From Octopus vulgaris (lineage: Eukaryota), in contig OX597822.1 of the NCBI GenBank assembly GCA_951406725.2, positions 45,508,001 to 45,572,000 on the forward strand: a DNA stretch of 64,000 bases, read 5' to 3'. This document shows positions 10,711-27,632 of the stretch, piece after piece. The notes under the pieces are model-generated. The model saw only the letters and a program-made list of their open reading frames with translations. It was not told the origin of the DNA and did no database searches. How positions within the stretch are numbered: the stretch's first letter is position 1; every line of letters starts with the position of its first letter. A program made the translations under genes and the position numbers.

Positions 10711-13700
10711 TTTATTGGTAGCAGTGATAATGTCGATTTAGTTTAGAAGTGGTAATATATTTTCTATATGCGGTAATTTGGCAATCGTTAGAGTTGGACA
10801 CAATGCCTTGCGGTGTTTATTTCATTTTTATGCATTTAATTCGAATTCTGCCGAGGTCGATTTTTTCCTTCCATCTTCTCGGGGGTCGATGAATAAAAAT
10901 GCCAATCCTGGAGAATAGATTGGTAAAATTGTTACAGCGTCGTTGGACAAAATATCTTAATGCGTCTGTTTGAGATAGTAACATGAGTGAAATCAAAGAC
11001 AGTATTTACTGAGTCCAAAATCCATCCTGCCATCCATTTTCTTCGCCCACTATTCTTAAGAGGATGGTGGAGGTAGAATCCCCAGGCTCTTCCTCCATAG
11101 GGTCCAATCAGAAGCAACAGTCATTACGCTTTCCGACTCGTTTCGCAAGCGTCACCAACAGAGACTGTTGATATTATCCAACCATCTCGTTCTTGGTCTC
11201 CCGTCGGTTGGCTCGGTTTGATGGATCCACCTTGCGGTTCTTTTCTGCGACTTTCTAACCACATGTCCTTTGTACAGGGAGCTGTTACTTACCGCTACGG
11301 AAAAGTAGCGGCTCAGTCAGGAGAGACTCTCTGTGAGACGGCTCTATGATGAATCTATTTTTTAAAAAACGGGCATAGAAAACAATAGTATGCAAAAAGT
11401 ATGGCATGAAGCATCCCAATAGGTGTAGGGGCAGCTACCAATGATCAGTCAGGGTTGTTAGTAGCGCAGCAAAGAGATGCGAGGGGCAATCTGCCCTAGA
11501 CGACGTTTTGAGGAAGACAGCACTTTTGGCTTTGCCGTTTAATCCTTTATAGGCGCTCGGGAGTGGAGCAACCAACTCAAGGGTTACCTTGGATGGCACA
11601 CACTCCAGCTATGTCCTAGAAGTTTCACTTTCTTCCAGATGTGTTGTCAGTCCTCCAGGCACATCCTTTGATATAGGTCTATGCACCTTGTCCATCATCA
11701 CCGTTCCCACTCACTTTTCAGTAAACTTACTGGAGGACAGCAGCAGCATCCTCTTTGTCCTCCCTTCCGTCTTCATTCTCACCTTCATCTCCAAGTTGGA
11801 TTTTAATCAATTGATGTAAGCGTCACCGTAGAATTACCAGTCTTTTCAATCTTGTCCACCACACAACATATTTCACCGCAGTCATTAGACAGGAAAACTA
11901 CCAATGTTTTCCTTCCAAGCAAAGGTGGTAGACCAAATCTTACGATAGACTCGTTCCTTAACTGTATACTTCCTACATGCTACTGAAGTTCTCTACATAC
12001 GCACGCATGCGCACGTACACATTTGGTAGGTAACCGTCAACTTCTAAACTTGGAAATATCTTCATTTTGTTTTGTTCATTACATCTCTAACCATGATAGA
12101 ACAACGCCCTCAGATTTTAATCTTTGGTCATGATGTTTATGGCCATGCTGGAGTGTATTTCTTTTAGATGCCATTAAGTTCTGTTTGGCTGTGAAGTTTT
12201 CCCTTTTGTGGTTATAATTTTTTTCCACCTGGTTGGTCTGAAATAAAAGCAAACATTTTCAGAGTCGTCACAGCGCCGGATAAAATTACTTGAGCCCTTC
12301 ACTCCCTATCCAACATGGACCACTGTCGAACTTTCTTTACTGTTCTCAACTCTGGACTGTCCTTTTTGGCTTCTTTCAAGATGAATCCCTGCTTTTTTCC
12401 AAGCATTATTTCGCTTTCGGGGTTTTGTTGCACCGTGGCATATACTCACCAAAGGGAAAGCCTTTCTCTTCGAGGCTTTGTTTGGTTGAATTGTCATCGA
12501 TGCTTCAATAAATGTTGTTTTTTTTTTTCCTAGGTCGGAGCGCTGTACTTGCGGCGGCATCCACCCGGGATGGGGTTAAGCCGGCTCCGAGCAACGAGTT
12601 CACCACGTTCCTAACGAATGCTGACCACATCCGACAGTCGAGGCTGTAAATGCCCCACTGGTAGAACAAGCGCGTCGGATAGCGCGGACGCCGTAGCCGT
12701 CATTCGCTGTTCAGGTGTAACCATTGTGTTCGAAGTTTCAACGGGAATGCAAATTCACATGTGGTCTCCAGTCATGTGCATACACACTTTGGAATAATGT
12801 GATCCATAGCAGCTCATCTTGCCGATAATAGTCGACCGTTGCAGAGGATTCGTTGACCAAGTCACTGATTATCGGAGCAGATGTAACATGGGTTTGAAGC
12901 GAGTTCTAGAGACACGCGCTGGCCCTACACAAACCCATTTTTAACGCTTGGAAGGGGTAGTCCATATAAGTCTGACTTCTGTCTTTTGACTTGTCAAGTG
13001 TGAGTGTGCTCTCATGGTCACTGAGGCACTCAAGTTACCACATTGCAACAAGGACTGGACCTTGCCGGATAAAATACCTCGCAGCATTTGTTCCGTCTCT
13101 CTGAGCTCAGAGGTTCCCCACATCCTTCCAGTCTTTCGAGGTCGATAAAAAAAAGTGTCAATCAAAGGTAGTGATTCGACGGAATCTTTAAAATCATGTC
13201 CGGAAAATTCACCTTAAACATTTTTGGTTTGGGAAAATTTGTCTAAGGAAATTTTGCCGGAAAGGAAGTACACAAGCAGATTGTAAACTAGAAAACTCGT
13301 TTTAATGAAATTACCTTTCCCTAATTGGTTAGTTAGCTAGCCATTTTAAGTTGTTGCTTTTTTTTTGGATTTCGAAATTTTTTGTTTTAAGAATATATTT
13401 AAAATTACAAATCCGTTTACAGCAAACCCTGATGGAAATAACTGGAAGTTAAGTGGAAAGAAAATATGGTTTCGTGCACGTGAGATAGGAAATTGACAAG
13501 GAAACAATACGTAAAACCAGCTTAAAACAGAATATAATTATTCGGTTGACACTTTGGTGTTTCGTGGTTAAGCTGCTCTTCAGAAACAATGGAAGGGAAA
13601 GTAATGAGAATATATATATTCACTATATATTCGTTCTTCACTAGTTTATTACCATTCTTATCCTCACTCATGTCCATTGTTTGGAAATCTTTCTTCACAC

Positions 13701-14073
13701 ATCTGTGACCTCTTCAGCGACACTTTCGTGTGTGCTTTTGTCTTCGTGTTTGCTCTTGCACGGTTTATTCCATTCTGTTAATTTTTGCAATTTTTTTACG
13801 GCGTTTTCCTACAGCAAAAATGTTTACGGCAAAATTTCCTATAACCCTTTAGTGTTAGACAAGATGCCGATGTCTTGTGATAGTGGTTCTGGCCCTTGTT
13901 CCAACGACAACGCTTATAAGACATTGGTCGATAGTAACGAGGAGAGGGAAGAACTGCACAAATACAAAACTTAGCCAGGGCTGTTCTTTAGAGTTCCTTC
14001 CAGGTTACAGTAAAACACTATTACACGTGACTAATGTGGATGTCAGAGAAGCAAAAGAGCATCTCGGTACCTT

Positions 14074-14466
14074 ATTTCTTTATTGCCAACAAGGGGCTAA
14101 ACATATAGGGGACAAAGGGATTACATCGACTCCAGTGCGTAACTAGTACTTAATTTATCGACCCCGAAAGGATGAAAGACAAAGTCGACCTCAGCGAAAT
14201 TTGAACTCAGAACGTAACGGCACACGAAATACCTATTTCTTTACTACCCACAAGGTGCTAAACACAGAGGAGACAAACAAGAACAGACAGACGGATTAAG
14301 TCGATTATATCGACCTCAGTGCGTAAGTGGTACTTAATTTATCGACCCCGAAAGGATGAAAGGCAAAGTCGACCTCGGCGGAATTTGAACTCGGAACGTA
14401 GCTTCACACGAAATACCGCTAAGCATTTCGCCCGGCGTGCTAACGATTCTGCCAGCTCGCCGCCTT
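14074..14466 (-). mobile_element. SINE family C, full plus partial tandem copy inside one TSD
   Basis: TSD CATCTC(G/T)GTACCTT at 14060-14073 and 14467-14480. Confidence 0.85.
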
Positions 14467-14640
14467 CATCTCTGTACCTTTCTAATATCTTTTTAATCTT
14501 TTGGGAAATATGTATCCTTTAACTTGTTTTGATCATTGGACGACGACCATACTGGGTCACCGCCTTGATGGGTTTAGTTGAACAAATCTACCTTCGAAAT
14601 TATCAAGTTTGATACTTATTCCATTTTGCTGTGTCGTGCT

Positions 14641-15375
14641 TCTTTTACTTGTTTCAGTCGACTGCGGCCATGTTGGGGCACCGCCTTAAAGAGTTTTAGT
14701 CGAACAAATCTACCCCCGGACTTATACTTTGTAAGCCTAATACTTATTCTGTCGGTCATTTTTTTGCCGAGCCGCTAGTGTTATGAGGACGTAAACACAC
14801 CAACATCGGTTGTCAAGCGATGGTAGGAAACACACACACACACATATATATATACACATATATATACATACATACATACATACATACATACATACATACA
14901 TACATACATACATACTTACATACATGGCCCAGTGGTTAGGGCAGCGGACTCGCGGGCGTTGTGAGTGTTTATTGAGCGAAAACACCTAAAAGCTCCACGA
15001 GGCTCCGGCAGGGGGTGGTGATCCCTGCTGTACTCTTTCACCACTCTTTCACCACTCTTTCTTCCACTCTTTCTTCTGTTGGCCTGCTCGCTTAGCCAGC
15101 GGGGTAGCGTCATTCGAAGGCTAAAACAATGCGAACGCATTGTGACCAGCTATGTGTAACTACATCTAATGGACTGGGCGGTCACGTGGTCACGTGATAT
15201 ATATATATATATATAACGGGCTTCTTTTAGTTTCCGTCTACCAAATCCACTCACAAGGCTTTAGTCGGCCCGAGGCTATAATAGAAGATAGTTGCCCAAG
15301 GTGCCACGCAGTGGGACTGAACCCGGAACAATGTTTTTGGGAGCATGCTTCTTACCACACAGCCACACCAGCTCC
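14641..15375 (-). mobile_element. SINE family A interrupted by a family D SINE
   Basis: Family A tail 14641-14830 and head 15215-15375 flank a microsatellite and the inserted element. Confidence 0.75.
14903..15198 (+). mobile_element. SINE family D
   Basis: tRNA-like head TGGCCCAGTGGTTAGGGCAGCGGACTCGCGG; body shared with 32622-32770. Confidence 0.7.
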
Positions 15376-15489
15376 TATACAAAAAGCAAACACCAGGTTA
15401 AGTGGGAATAACATACACGATAGACTTGCTTCCATCTAGCAAGTTCACAGACAAGGCATTGGTTGGTCTGCGGCAATCGTTGAAGATAC

Positions 15490-16445
15490 GCACGCACGCA
15501 CACATATACGCACGCGCTCTCTCTCACGCAATCACTCTCTCTCTCTCTCACGCAATCACTCTCTCTCTCTCTCACGTAATCACTCTCTCTCTCTCTCCCT
15601 CTCTCTCACGCAATCACTCTCTCTCTCTCTCTCTCATGCAATCACTCTTTCTCTCTCATGCAATCACTCTTTCTCTCTCACGCAATCACTCACTCCCTCA
15701 CTCACTCACTCACTCACTACCTCCCTCACTCTCACTCACTACCTCTCTCTCACTCTCCTTCACGCTCACTCTCACGCACGCCCTCTCTCTCACTCTCCTT
15801 CACGCTCACTCTCACGCACGCCCTCTCTCTCACTCTCCTTCACGCTCACTCTCACGCACGCCCTCTCTCACTCTCCTTCACGCTCACTCTCACGCACGCC
15901 CTCTCTCTCACTCACGCGCATAAGCTCCCTCAAACTCGCACGTACTCTCTCTCACACACACGCGCACATGCACACTCTCTCTCACATACACTCTCATTTA
16001 CTCTCTCACGTACTCGAGCACTCTCTCACGCACACGCACTCTCACGCACTCTCTCCCACGCACACGCGCTCTCTCTCATGCACTCTCTCTCTCATGCACT
16101 CTCTCTCTCACGCACTCTCTCTCGCACGCGCACGTTTTCTTTCCTTCGCGCGCGCGCGCACACACTCTCTTTCTTGCGCGCAGACTCTCTCTCTTACGCA
16201 CACTCTCTCGCAAGCGCACACACTTTCTTTCTCTCTCTCACACGCACACACTCTCCCTCTCTCGCACATTCATGCTCGCTCGCTCGCTCACACACACACA
16301 CACACACACACTTTCTCTCGCTCGCTCGCACACTCTCTCCCTCCCTCTCACGCGCACACTCTAAAACGCGCGCATACACATTCGCACTCTAGCGCACGCA
16401 CTCTAACACACTCGCACTCTGACACTCACACACTCTCTCTCTCAC
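15490..16445 (+). repeat. Compound CT/CA/CG low-complexity repeat
   Basis: Direct inspection. Confidence 0.9.
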
Positions 16446-17312
16446 TCCAATTCTAGTAAAATACACTTCCGTACATACAAGTGTGTAAGCTAGCAAGCAT
16501 TGTCAATCTAGTTGGTAGATCTGGCATTCGTGTCTCATCTGCGAAACTCACAGCTGTCATCTTACGTACATGAATTTAAATATAGAATGAGAATGCAATT
16601 AGATTTCGATAGCCATCACTCCTCTGTGTGTGTGTGTGTGTGTGTGAATATGCATATGTGAATACCTGTACATCCACATGCACGTGTCTGTTGGCCTATG
16701 TCTATATTTGTATAAGTTTGTATGAGCATATGTCAGTGACCATGTGTGTGTGTATGATTGTGGATGTACTTTTGTACGTTTGCATGTGTGCTTGTCCCCG
16801 TGCGTATATATGCGTGTATAGACGAAGCGCACTGCAATGGCAATTTGTTAGAATTCCAAGCAATGGGGTCGAATCCAACGCTGTATTAAACAGAATAGAA
16901 AGGATACAAGTGGAAAGCCACGTGATCGTGTGCACATAAGCGCAAAATCGACAAGGAAACAATACGTAAAACCAGCTTAAAACAGTATATAATTATTCGT
17001 TTGACGCTCTGGTGGTTCGTGGTGAAGCTCTTCAGAAACAGAGGAAAGGCAAGTATTGAGAATATAGTTAAAATTACGAATCCGTTTACAGCAAACCCTG
17101 ATGGAAATGACAGGAAGTTACGTGGAAAGAAAAAAAAAGGTTTCGTGCACGCAAGAGTGACAGACATAGGAAATAAAAGCGAACCGTGTGTGTGTGTGTT
17201 TGTCCATTGGGTGAATGTGCACGCGGTTTGTGTGTATGTTGATGGCTTTCTTTGTGACTTTTAATGTGTGTATAGAACTGTTGTACAAGGAATGGATGTT
17301 TCTGACAATTTT

Positions 17313-17660
17313 ATCTCTTGTTTCGGTCATTAGACTTCGGCCATGCAGGGGCACCGGCTTGAAGAATTTGTAGACGAATGAGTCGACCCTAGTGCTTATT
17401 TTTGTTTTAAACCTGTTAATTATTCTATCGTTCTCTTTGGTCGAACTGCTACGTTATGGGGATGCGAACACACCAACACCGTTTGTGAAGCAATGGTGGA
17501 CACACTCACACACACACAACGGGCTTCTTTCAGTTTTTGTTCACCAAATCTGTTCTCAAGGCTTTAGTCGGCCCGAAACTACAGAAGACACTTGTTCAAG
17601 GGGCCACGCAGTGCGACTGAACCCAGGACCATGTGACTGGGAAGTCAACTTGTCACACCT
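17313..17660 (-). mobile_element. SINE family A
   Basis: Matches family A consensus seen elsewhere in the window. Confidence 0.7.
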
Positions 17661-17678
17661 GTACATACGTTTATATAT

Positions 17679-18198
17679 TTATGTTTTTAGGTTCGTGTGG
17701 GTTTGGTAATTGAAGCTATGGGAGATGAACTCTCGTTGAAGCCAAGTCTCGCTAACGAAGGGCAAAAGGAAGATATGCAGTTTGAAGAGATTCACAAAGG
17801 AGAAAATTGCGCAAGATTGGAGTGTTTGCCGATTCGGGGACGGCCTTTGCTGAGTCGAGGGAGAAATGTCTTTGCCGAGTCTAGTGGAGTCTTTTCTGAG
17901 ACTGATATCTCCAAGATTTTCAATGAAACGGTCGAACGTATGCAGCCGACTACGGCACCGTCTTCCACGGCTGAAACCAACGCCCAAACTACCAGAATTG
18001 CTTCGGGGCTCAGCGCCTTCGACCAGTTTGCTAACTTTGCCAACATTTGCCGCTATAAATTTAACAGCTTCAACTTCCGGAAGCGTTCTCAGTTTTTTAA
18101 TATTATTTGGTCTGAGGTCTCTAGCCTCAGATTTCGTGATGAACTCCTCGGTAAACCCGACTGACAAGAGTGGAGCCATAATGGCACGGAGCATTGAC
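17679..18198 (-). CDS. Unidentified ORF in unique sequence (in-register + strand frame 17691-18164 is also open)
   Basis: Non-repetitive and GC-richer than the flanks; ~170 open codons (MLRAIMAPLLSVGFTEEFITKSEARDLRP...); promoter-like cluster just upstream on this strand. No family recognised; strand uncertain. Confidence 0.4.
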
Positions 18199-18559
18199 CT
18201 TTGTAAAAGTGTGCGTGTGTATGCACGCACGCATGCAAATGCTTATGAATGCTTATGCATAGGAATGTATATACGAATGTGTGCAGGTATAAGAATGTGT
18301 GTGTGTAGGAACGTGGGCGTGTATGAGTGAATGTGTGTGTGCTTGCCTGTGTATGATTATGCATGCACGTATGTGTACGAACATGTACTTGTGTGTATTA
18401 CACTTATATGTATGTATGCATGTATGTAAATTTTTTTTTTTAATATGTCCCAAAATACTACGAGTTTATCTTCCCAACTGTCAGTGAAAATCCTATTTTT
18501 AAAGCTGATAACACCGCCTCCATCGTGTCTCGCCTTCTCACAACACCACCACAACCCTA

Positions 18560-18720
18560 CGACCCCGCCATTTCCAGCTGACCGCCGTCCTATTGGTGCC
18601 GATATTATTGGGGAAAGATGAAGGCAAGATGACCGTCTTTCCCATTGTGTTATTAACGCGTTTGTAACTGTGTGACGTCATTGCTTCCACGTGGTTGACT
18701 TAAATTAGAAAGATTGGTCT
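18560..18720 (-). promoter_or_regulatory. Pol II promoter-like motif cluster
   Basis: CCGCCATTT (YY1-like, ~18565), three ATTGG = CCAAT on minus (~18592, ~18607, ~18713), perfect CRE TGACGTCA (18673-18680), E-box CCACGTGG (18687-18694); CpG-rich. Confidence 0.6.
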
Positions 18721-18844
18721 GCTACGGAATTATTTTAATACTCGTTGGTATGGACGGTCCTCATAATCTGCCATTGTCTCTTTCTCCCCTCCTTTCTTTC
18801 TACCTTGCTCTTAATCTTTCTCATTTTTATATTTTCTCCTGCTT

Positions 18845-23745
<4,901 letters not shown>

Positions 23746-23830
23746 TTCGTTTTCTTAAATGATATTCCTGTTAATGTCGCTACCTTTTTATCTGCCGTTT
23801 ACCCTAAACTTTAATTTTTTTTCTCCTCAG

Positions 23831-24097
23831 GCCCTCAACACTGGTAAATACTCGGCCCAATTGACTATATATCGTCAAGTCCGAAATACTCTGCTTATAT
23901 ACCTCTCCAGTCGCTCAATTTTGTGTACTTATCGTATGTATACCATCGTTTCCTCCAACTCAGTCCAGCTGTCCTCCCCGAAGCATTCGTTAAACGTGAT
24001 TCAAGAGGTTCGTATGAAATCTAGACGAAAGTTGTCTTTGTATATCATCAATATAAAAGGTCACCCGATAGAAAACATTTTGAACTTGGGTAAAAAG
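23831..24097 (+). CDS. ZP-domain protein, internal exon (end of ZP-N, linker, start of ZP-C)
   Basis: TTTTTCTCCTCAG acceptor, AAG|GTGAGT donor, 267 nt, phase 0-0; ALNTGKYSAQLTIY...ILCTY...LSLYIINIKGHPIENILNLGKK. Confidence 0.85.
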
Positions 24098-24539
24098 GTG
24101 AGTAACGTAATTATTTGATATCTTGTTTGATATTATTACAGATAGTGTCAGTCTTATTTTATTTCTTTCGAAAAATAAGAACAATTGCAGCGTGGAAGGT
24201 GTTCATAAGCCATTTAGAAACACAAAGACCTTTAGATTCACTTAAACTTTTTAATTTAATTTGCCAAAATAGTTCCGTCGCTTTGAGACTGCAACCTGTT
24301 CACTTCAATATTGAAGTGAATCTAACGATTTTTGTGTTTTTAAATGGCTGCAATTTCAGTAAAGGTCACTTGCTATGCAAGTATATCTGCTTAATTCCGG
24401 AAACTATGAGTTTTCTGATAATTTGTTTGTACAAAAACTCCAAAAGTCAATCCGAATCTTACAGGATGTTTGGACTAACTTTGATAATTTGCATAAAAGG
24501 AAGAGAAAATACAATATCCCGTCTAAAAATTCGTTTATT

Positions 24540-24872
24540 CCTTTACTTGCTTCAGTCATTTGACTGCGGTTATGCTGGAGCATATTTAGTGGAACAAATA
24601 GACCTCAGGACTTGTTCTTTGTAAGCCTAGTACTTATTCTATTGGTGTCTTTTGCTGAACCGCTATGTTACTGGTACATAAACACACCAACATCGGTTGT
24701 CAAGCGATGGTGGGAGGACACACACACATACATACATACATACATACATACACGACGGGCTTCTTACAGTTGCCGCCTACAAAATCTATTCACAAGGCTT
24801 TGTTCTGCCCGAGGCTATAGAAGACACTTACCCAAGGTGCCATGCAGTGGGACTGAATCCGGAACCTTCTTA
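24540..24872 (-). mobile_element. SINE family A
   Basis: Matches family A consensus. Confidence 0.7.
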
Positions 24873-25675
24873 CCAGATCCTCGCTGCGCCGAAATGAATT
24901 TTTTTTTTTTAATCAAAACTATCACCTAGATTATGACAGGGAGATAAGTTTGCTCAAGGTAGCCGCTCTCGGCTTCCACCATGTCCTCGAAACTGCTCCG
25001 GAACCTGGTACATGCGTTCTTCTTGATCTTGGCCACCGACTCAGCCTTAGTGTTGGCGGTTGAGTGGTTGGTGTCGTTCTCACCTGCGTCCCACGCTTAG
25101 TAATCCATGAGATTACAATCGACGGAATTGAGGTCAGGAATTGAGGTTAGTGAAGCCGTAGAAATTCTCCGACAACAACTTCTGACTCTTTCCAGAAGTA
25201 TGGCAAGGAGCCGAATCCTACAGCCACACACTTGCCTTCCAGCAGCAACTCCTTCCAGCAAGGGTTTGACCACAGTCGCCAGCAGCTTCACATGGGCGTC
25301 TGAATTGAGCCCAAGGTCTTATTCAAAGTTGTGAGGCTGCATGACTGAAGACACGCCCAAAGACCTACAGGTCATGGTTTTGTAGTCTCTGTTGCAGCTG
25401 CCCATGCCACATCTTACAGTTTTTAGTGTCCAGAGCATTGAACAGCAGTCATGTTGTCGGCATTTTGATACCAAGCGCAAACCATGATGCACGTATCATT
25501 TTTTTTTTTTTTTCCAATATTCAAATATCTTCCAGTTCTCCACCTCTGCTAACTTTCAACTACAACTTTAATCTTTATACTCTATAAAACCCGTTGACTG
25601 TTCGCTAATACATCAAGCTGTACGTGAAAAAAGGGGACACAAAAGTCGTCAAAATGTAGCCCGAACACCCTGTAT
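24873..25675 (-). mobile_element. Degraded Tc1/mariner transposon
   Basis: Minus-strand peptide NSVDCNLMDY resembles the SPDLNPxD catalytic motif; downstream remnant resembles the ACxRFRxxxExxVEAE C-terminus; right end ...GAACACCCTG-TA is a typical CAGGGTG TIR with TA target. Confidence 0.7.
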
Positions 25676-26134
25676 GATGGAAATTGTGCTTTCCATAAAC
25701 TCTAATGCAGTAAAAACTCTCTCTCTCTTGAATATCCTCTGTTCAGTTGGATGTGCTTCTTAATATACCGGTGTCTCTTTTATGTTGGCAAATACGGCAA
25801 CGACATTCATAGAAATATATAGTTTTCAAACTTATTTACGAATGCAATGACGGTGGGGAAATTTTTTATTCTTGTTTCAGTCAATAGACTGTGGCCATGC
25901 TGGGATACCACCTTGAAAAATTTTAGCCGAACGAAACGACACCAATATTTATTTTTGAAGCCTGGTACTTATTCTATCGGTTTCTTTGCCGACCCGCTAA
26001 GTTACGAGGACATAGCACCAACACAGGTGGTCAAGCGATAGAGTGGGGGACAAACTGGTCATTTCAAAATGTAACCACATGTGAATCGTTGGCGATTTTT
26101 TTTCCTCCGTCTTCCTTTTCTCTTGGAATCTCCT

Positions 26135-26169
26135 GTTTCTGAAGAAGAGCTTTGCTTGAAACGAAAAAC
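26135..26169 (+). ncRNA. Degenerate type I hammerhead motif
   Basis: GTTT-CTGAAGA-A-GAGC-TTT-GCTT-GAAAC-GAA-AAAC: stems I and II and core intact, cleavage triplet mutated. Confidence 0.5.
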
Positions 26170-26306
26170 TACCTTTCTTTCCTTCCTTGAGTGTCTGCTA
26201 ATACTTTACATGTACCACATCCTCGCGTTGTTTTTATTTTTGTTTGTTCTTCGTTTTTTTTTCTTTTTGGTGGTGGGATTTACACTATATATATATATAT
26301 ATATAA

Positions 26307-26722
26307 TCTCTATATAAACGGCAGTTTGTCTGTCTCTGTGTCTGTAAGGTTGTACCCTCACCCTGACCACGGCTTTCAACCGATTCTGATGAAACTTGAC
26401 ACACACATAGCCCAATGTCATAATTCAAAACTAACGCAGCGAAAATTTTGAAAAGTTCCCCCAGTTCTGAAAAAAACCGATAAATTCGACATGGTGTCGA
26501 GAATCTAAGCTTTTTATATGCAACACATTTTCTGTCTAGGGGACACAGCTCGACAGCTAGGGACAGCTAGGAACATCGTATACACAGAAGTATTCGAGTG
26601 AAGAGAAGACATTGCAACCTACACATGCGCCTTTGTTCCCTAGAGGGAAAGGACTAGATTGGGATTAGTCGTTGCCTACTAGGGGCTCTTACATACCCGG
26701 GCAACGCCGGGCTATGCTGCTA

Positions 26723-26723
<1 letters not shown>
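26307..26723 (+). mobile_element. Non-autonomous Helitron
   Basis: 5' TC, 3' CTAG preceded by GC hairpin CCCGGGCAACGCCGGG, inserted between A and T in a (TA)n run; internal (GTCT)-like tract. Confidence 0.8.
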
Positions 26724-26766
<43 letters not shown>

Positions 26767-26822
26767 TTTTGCTTAGACATTGTGATAATAATTTGGTGTA
26801 GAGTTCAGAACGAATCGGTAAT

Positions 26823-26997
26823 AAGAAAATGAGATGACAGAGTAAACAGTTATCTTATGAACTTACAGCTGCATTTCATATTGCAGTTTCTGATGAAGCT
26901 ATAAGGTGTTACTCGGGCACTGCATCTTATTGCAGAAACAGCAGTAAGCCAATGGATTTCATAAAATAATCGTCTACTTTGTCATTTCATTTTCTTA
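26823..26997. mobile_element. Fold-back element with hammerhead-like core
   Basis: Inverted arms AAGAAAATGAGATGACAGAGTA... / ...TACTTTGTCATTTCATTTTCTT around CTGATGA-AGC...GCA-GAAAC-AGCAGTA. Confidence 0.5.
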
Positions 26998-27170
26998 TAT
27001 ACACATGACAGGATTCTTTCGGCTTCCGTTTACCAAATTCATTCTTAGTTTTGGTAGACCTGGGGTTGCAGCAGAAGGCACTTGTCCAGGTGTCACGCAG
27101 TAGGACTGAATCCGGAACCATGTGGTCGGGAAGAAAGCTTCTTATCACACAGCCACGCCTGCGCCTATAT

Positions 27171-27537
27171 TCTTTTGTTTGTTTCAGTCAGTTGACTAAG
27201 GCCATGCTGGAGCACTGCCTTTAGTCGAACAAATCGACACTATAATATATTCTTTGTAAGCCTAGTACTTATCTTATCAGTTTGTTTTGCCGAACCGCTA
27301 TGTTACGGGGACATAAATACACCAACATCGGTTGTCAAGCGATGGTGGGTGGACAAACATACACACACATATGTATATGACGGGCTTCTTTCAGTTTCCG
27401 TCTACCAAATCCACTCACAAGGCTTTGGTCGGCCCGAGGCTATAGTAGACACTTGCTGAAGGCGCCACGCAGTGGGACTGAATCCGGAACCATGTGACCG
27501 GGAAGGAAACTTCTTACCACACAGCCACGCCTGCGCC
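27171..27537 (-). mobile_element. SINE family A, well-preserved full copy (partial copy at 27008-27166)
   Basis: Complete head (GGCGCAGGCGTGGCTGTGTGGTAAGAAG) to tail (CAGCATGGCC...GACTGAAAC). Confidence 0.85.
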
Positions 27538-27632
27538 TTTATGGATATATTTCATAATAAAGTTGAGGGTTAATTCAGACACTACAGTGGCTCATTAGTA
27601 ATTTGAAATTTTTGTTTGTATTTGGTATTCAG

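Noticed and set aside
12534-12950. GC-richer segment after a strong-looking acceptor
   Set aside because: All + frames close within ~40 codons and no motif was recognised; likely TE debris.
17691-18150. As an additional exon of the ZP gene
   Set aside because: Ends in phase 1 while the next exon needs phase 0, and it would split the ZP-N domain.
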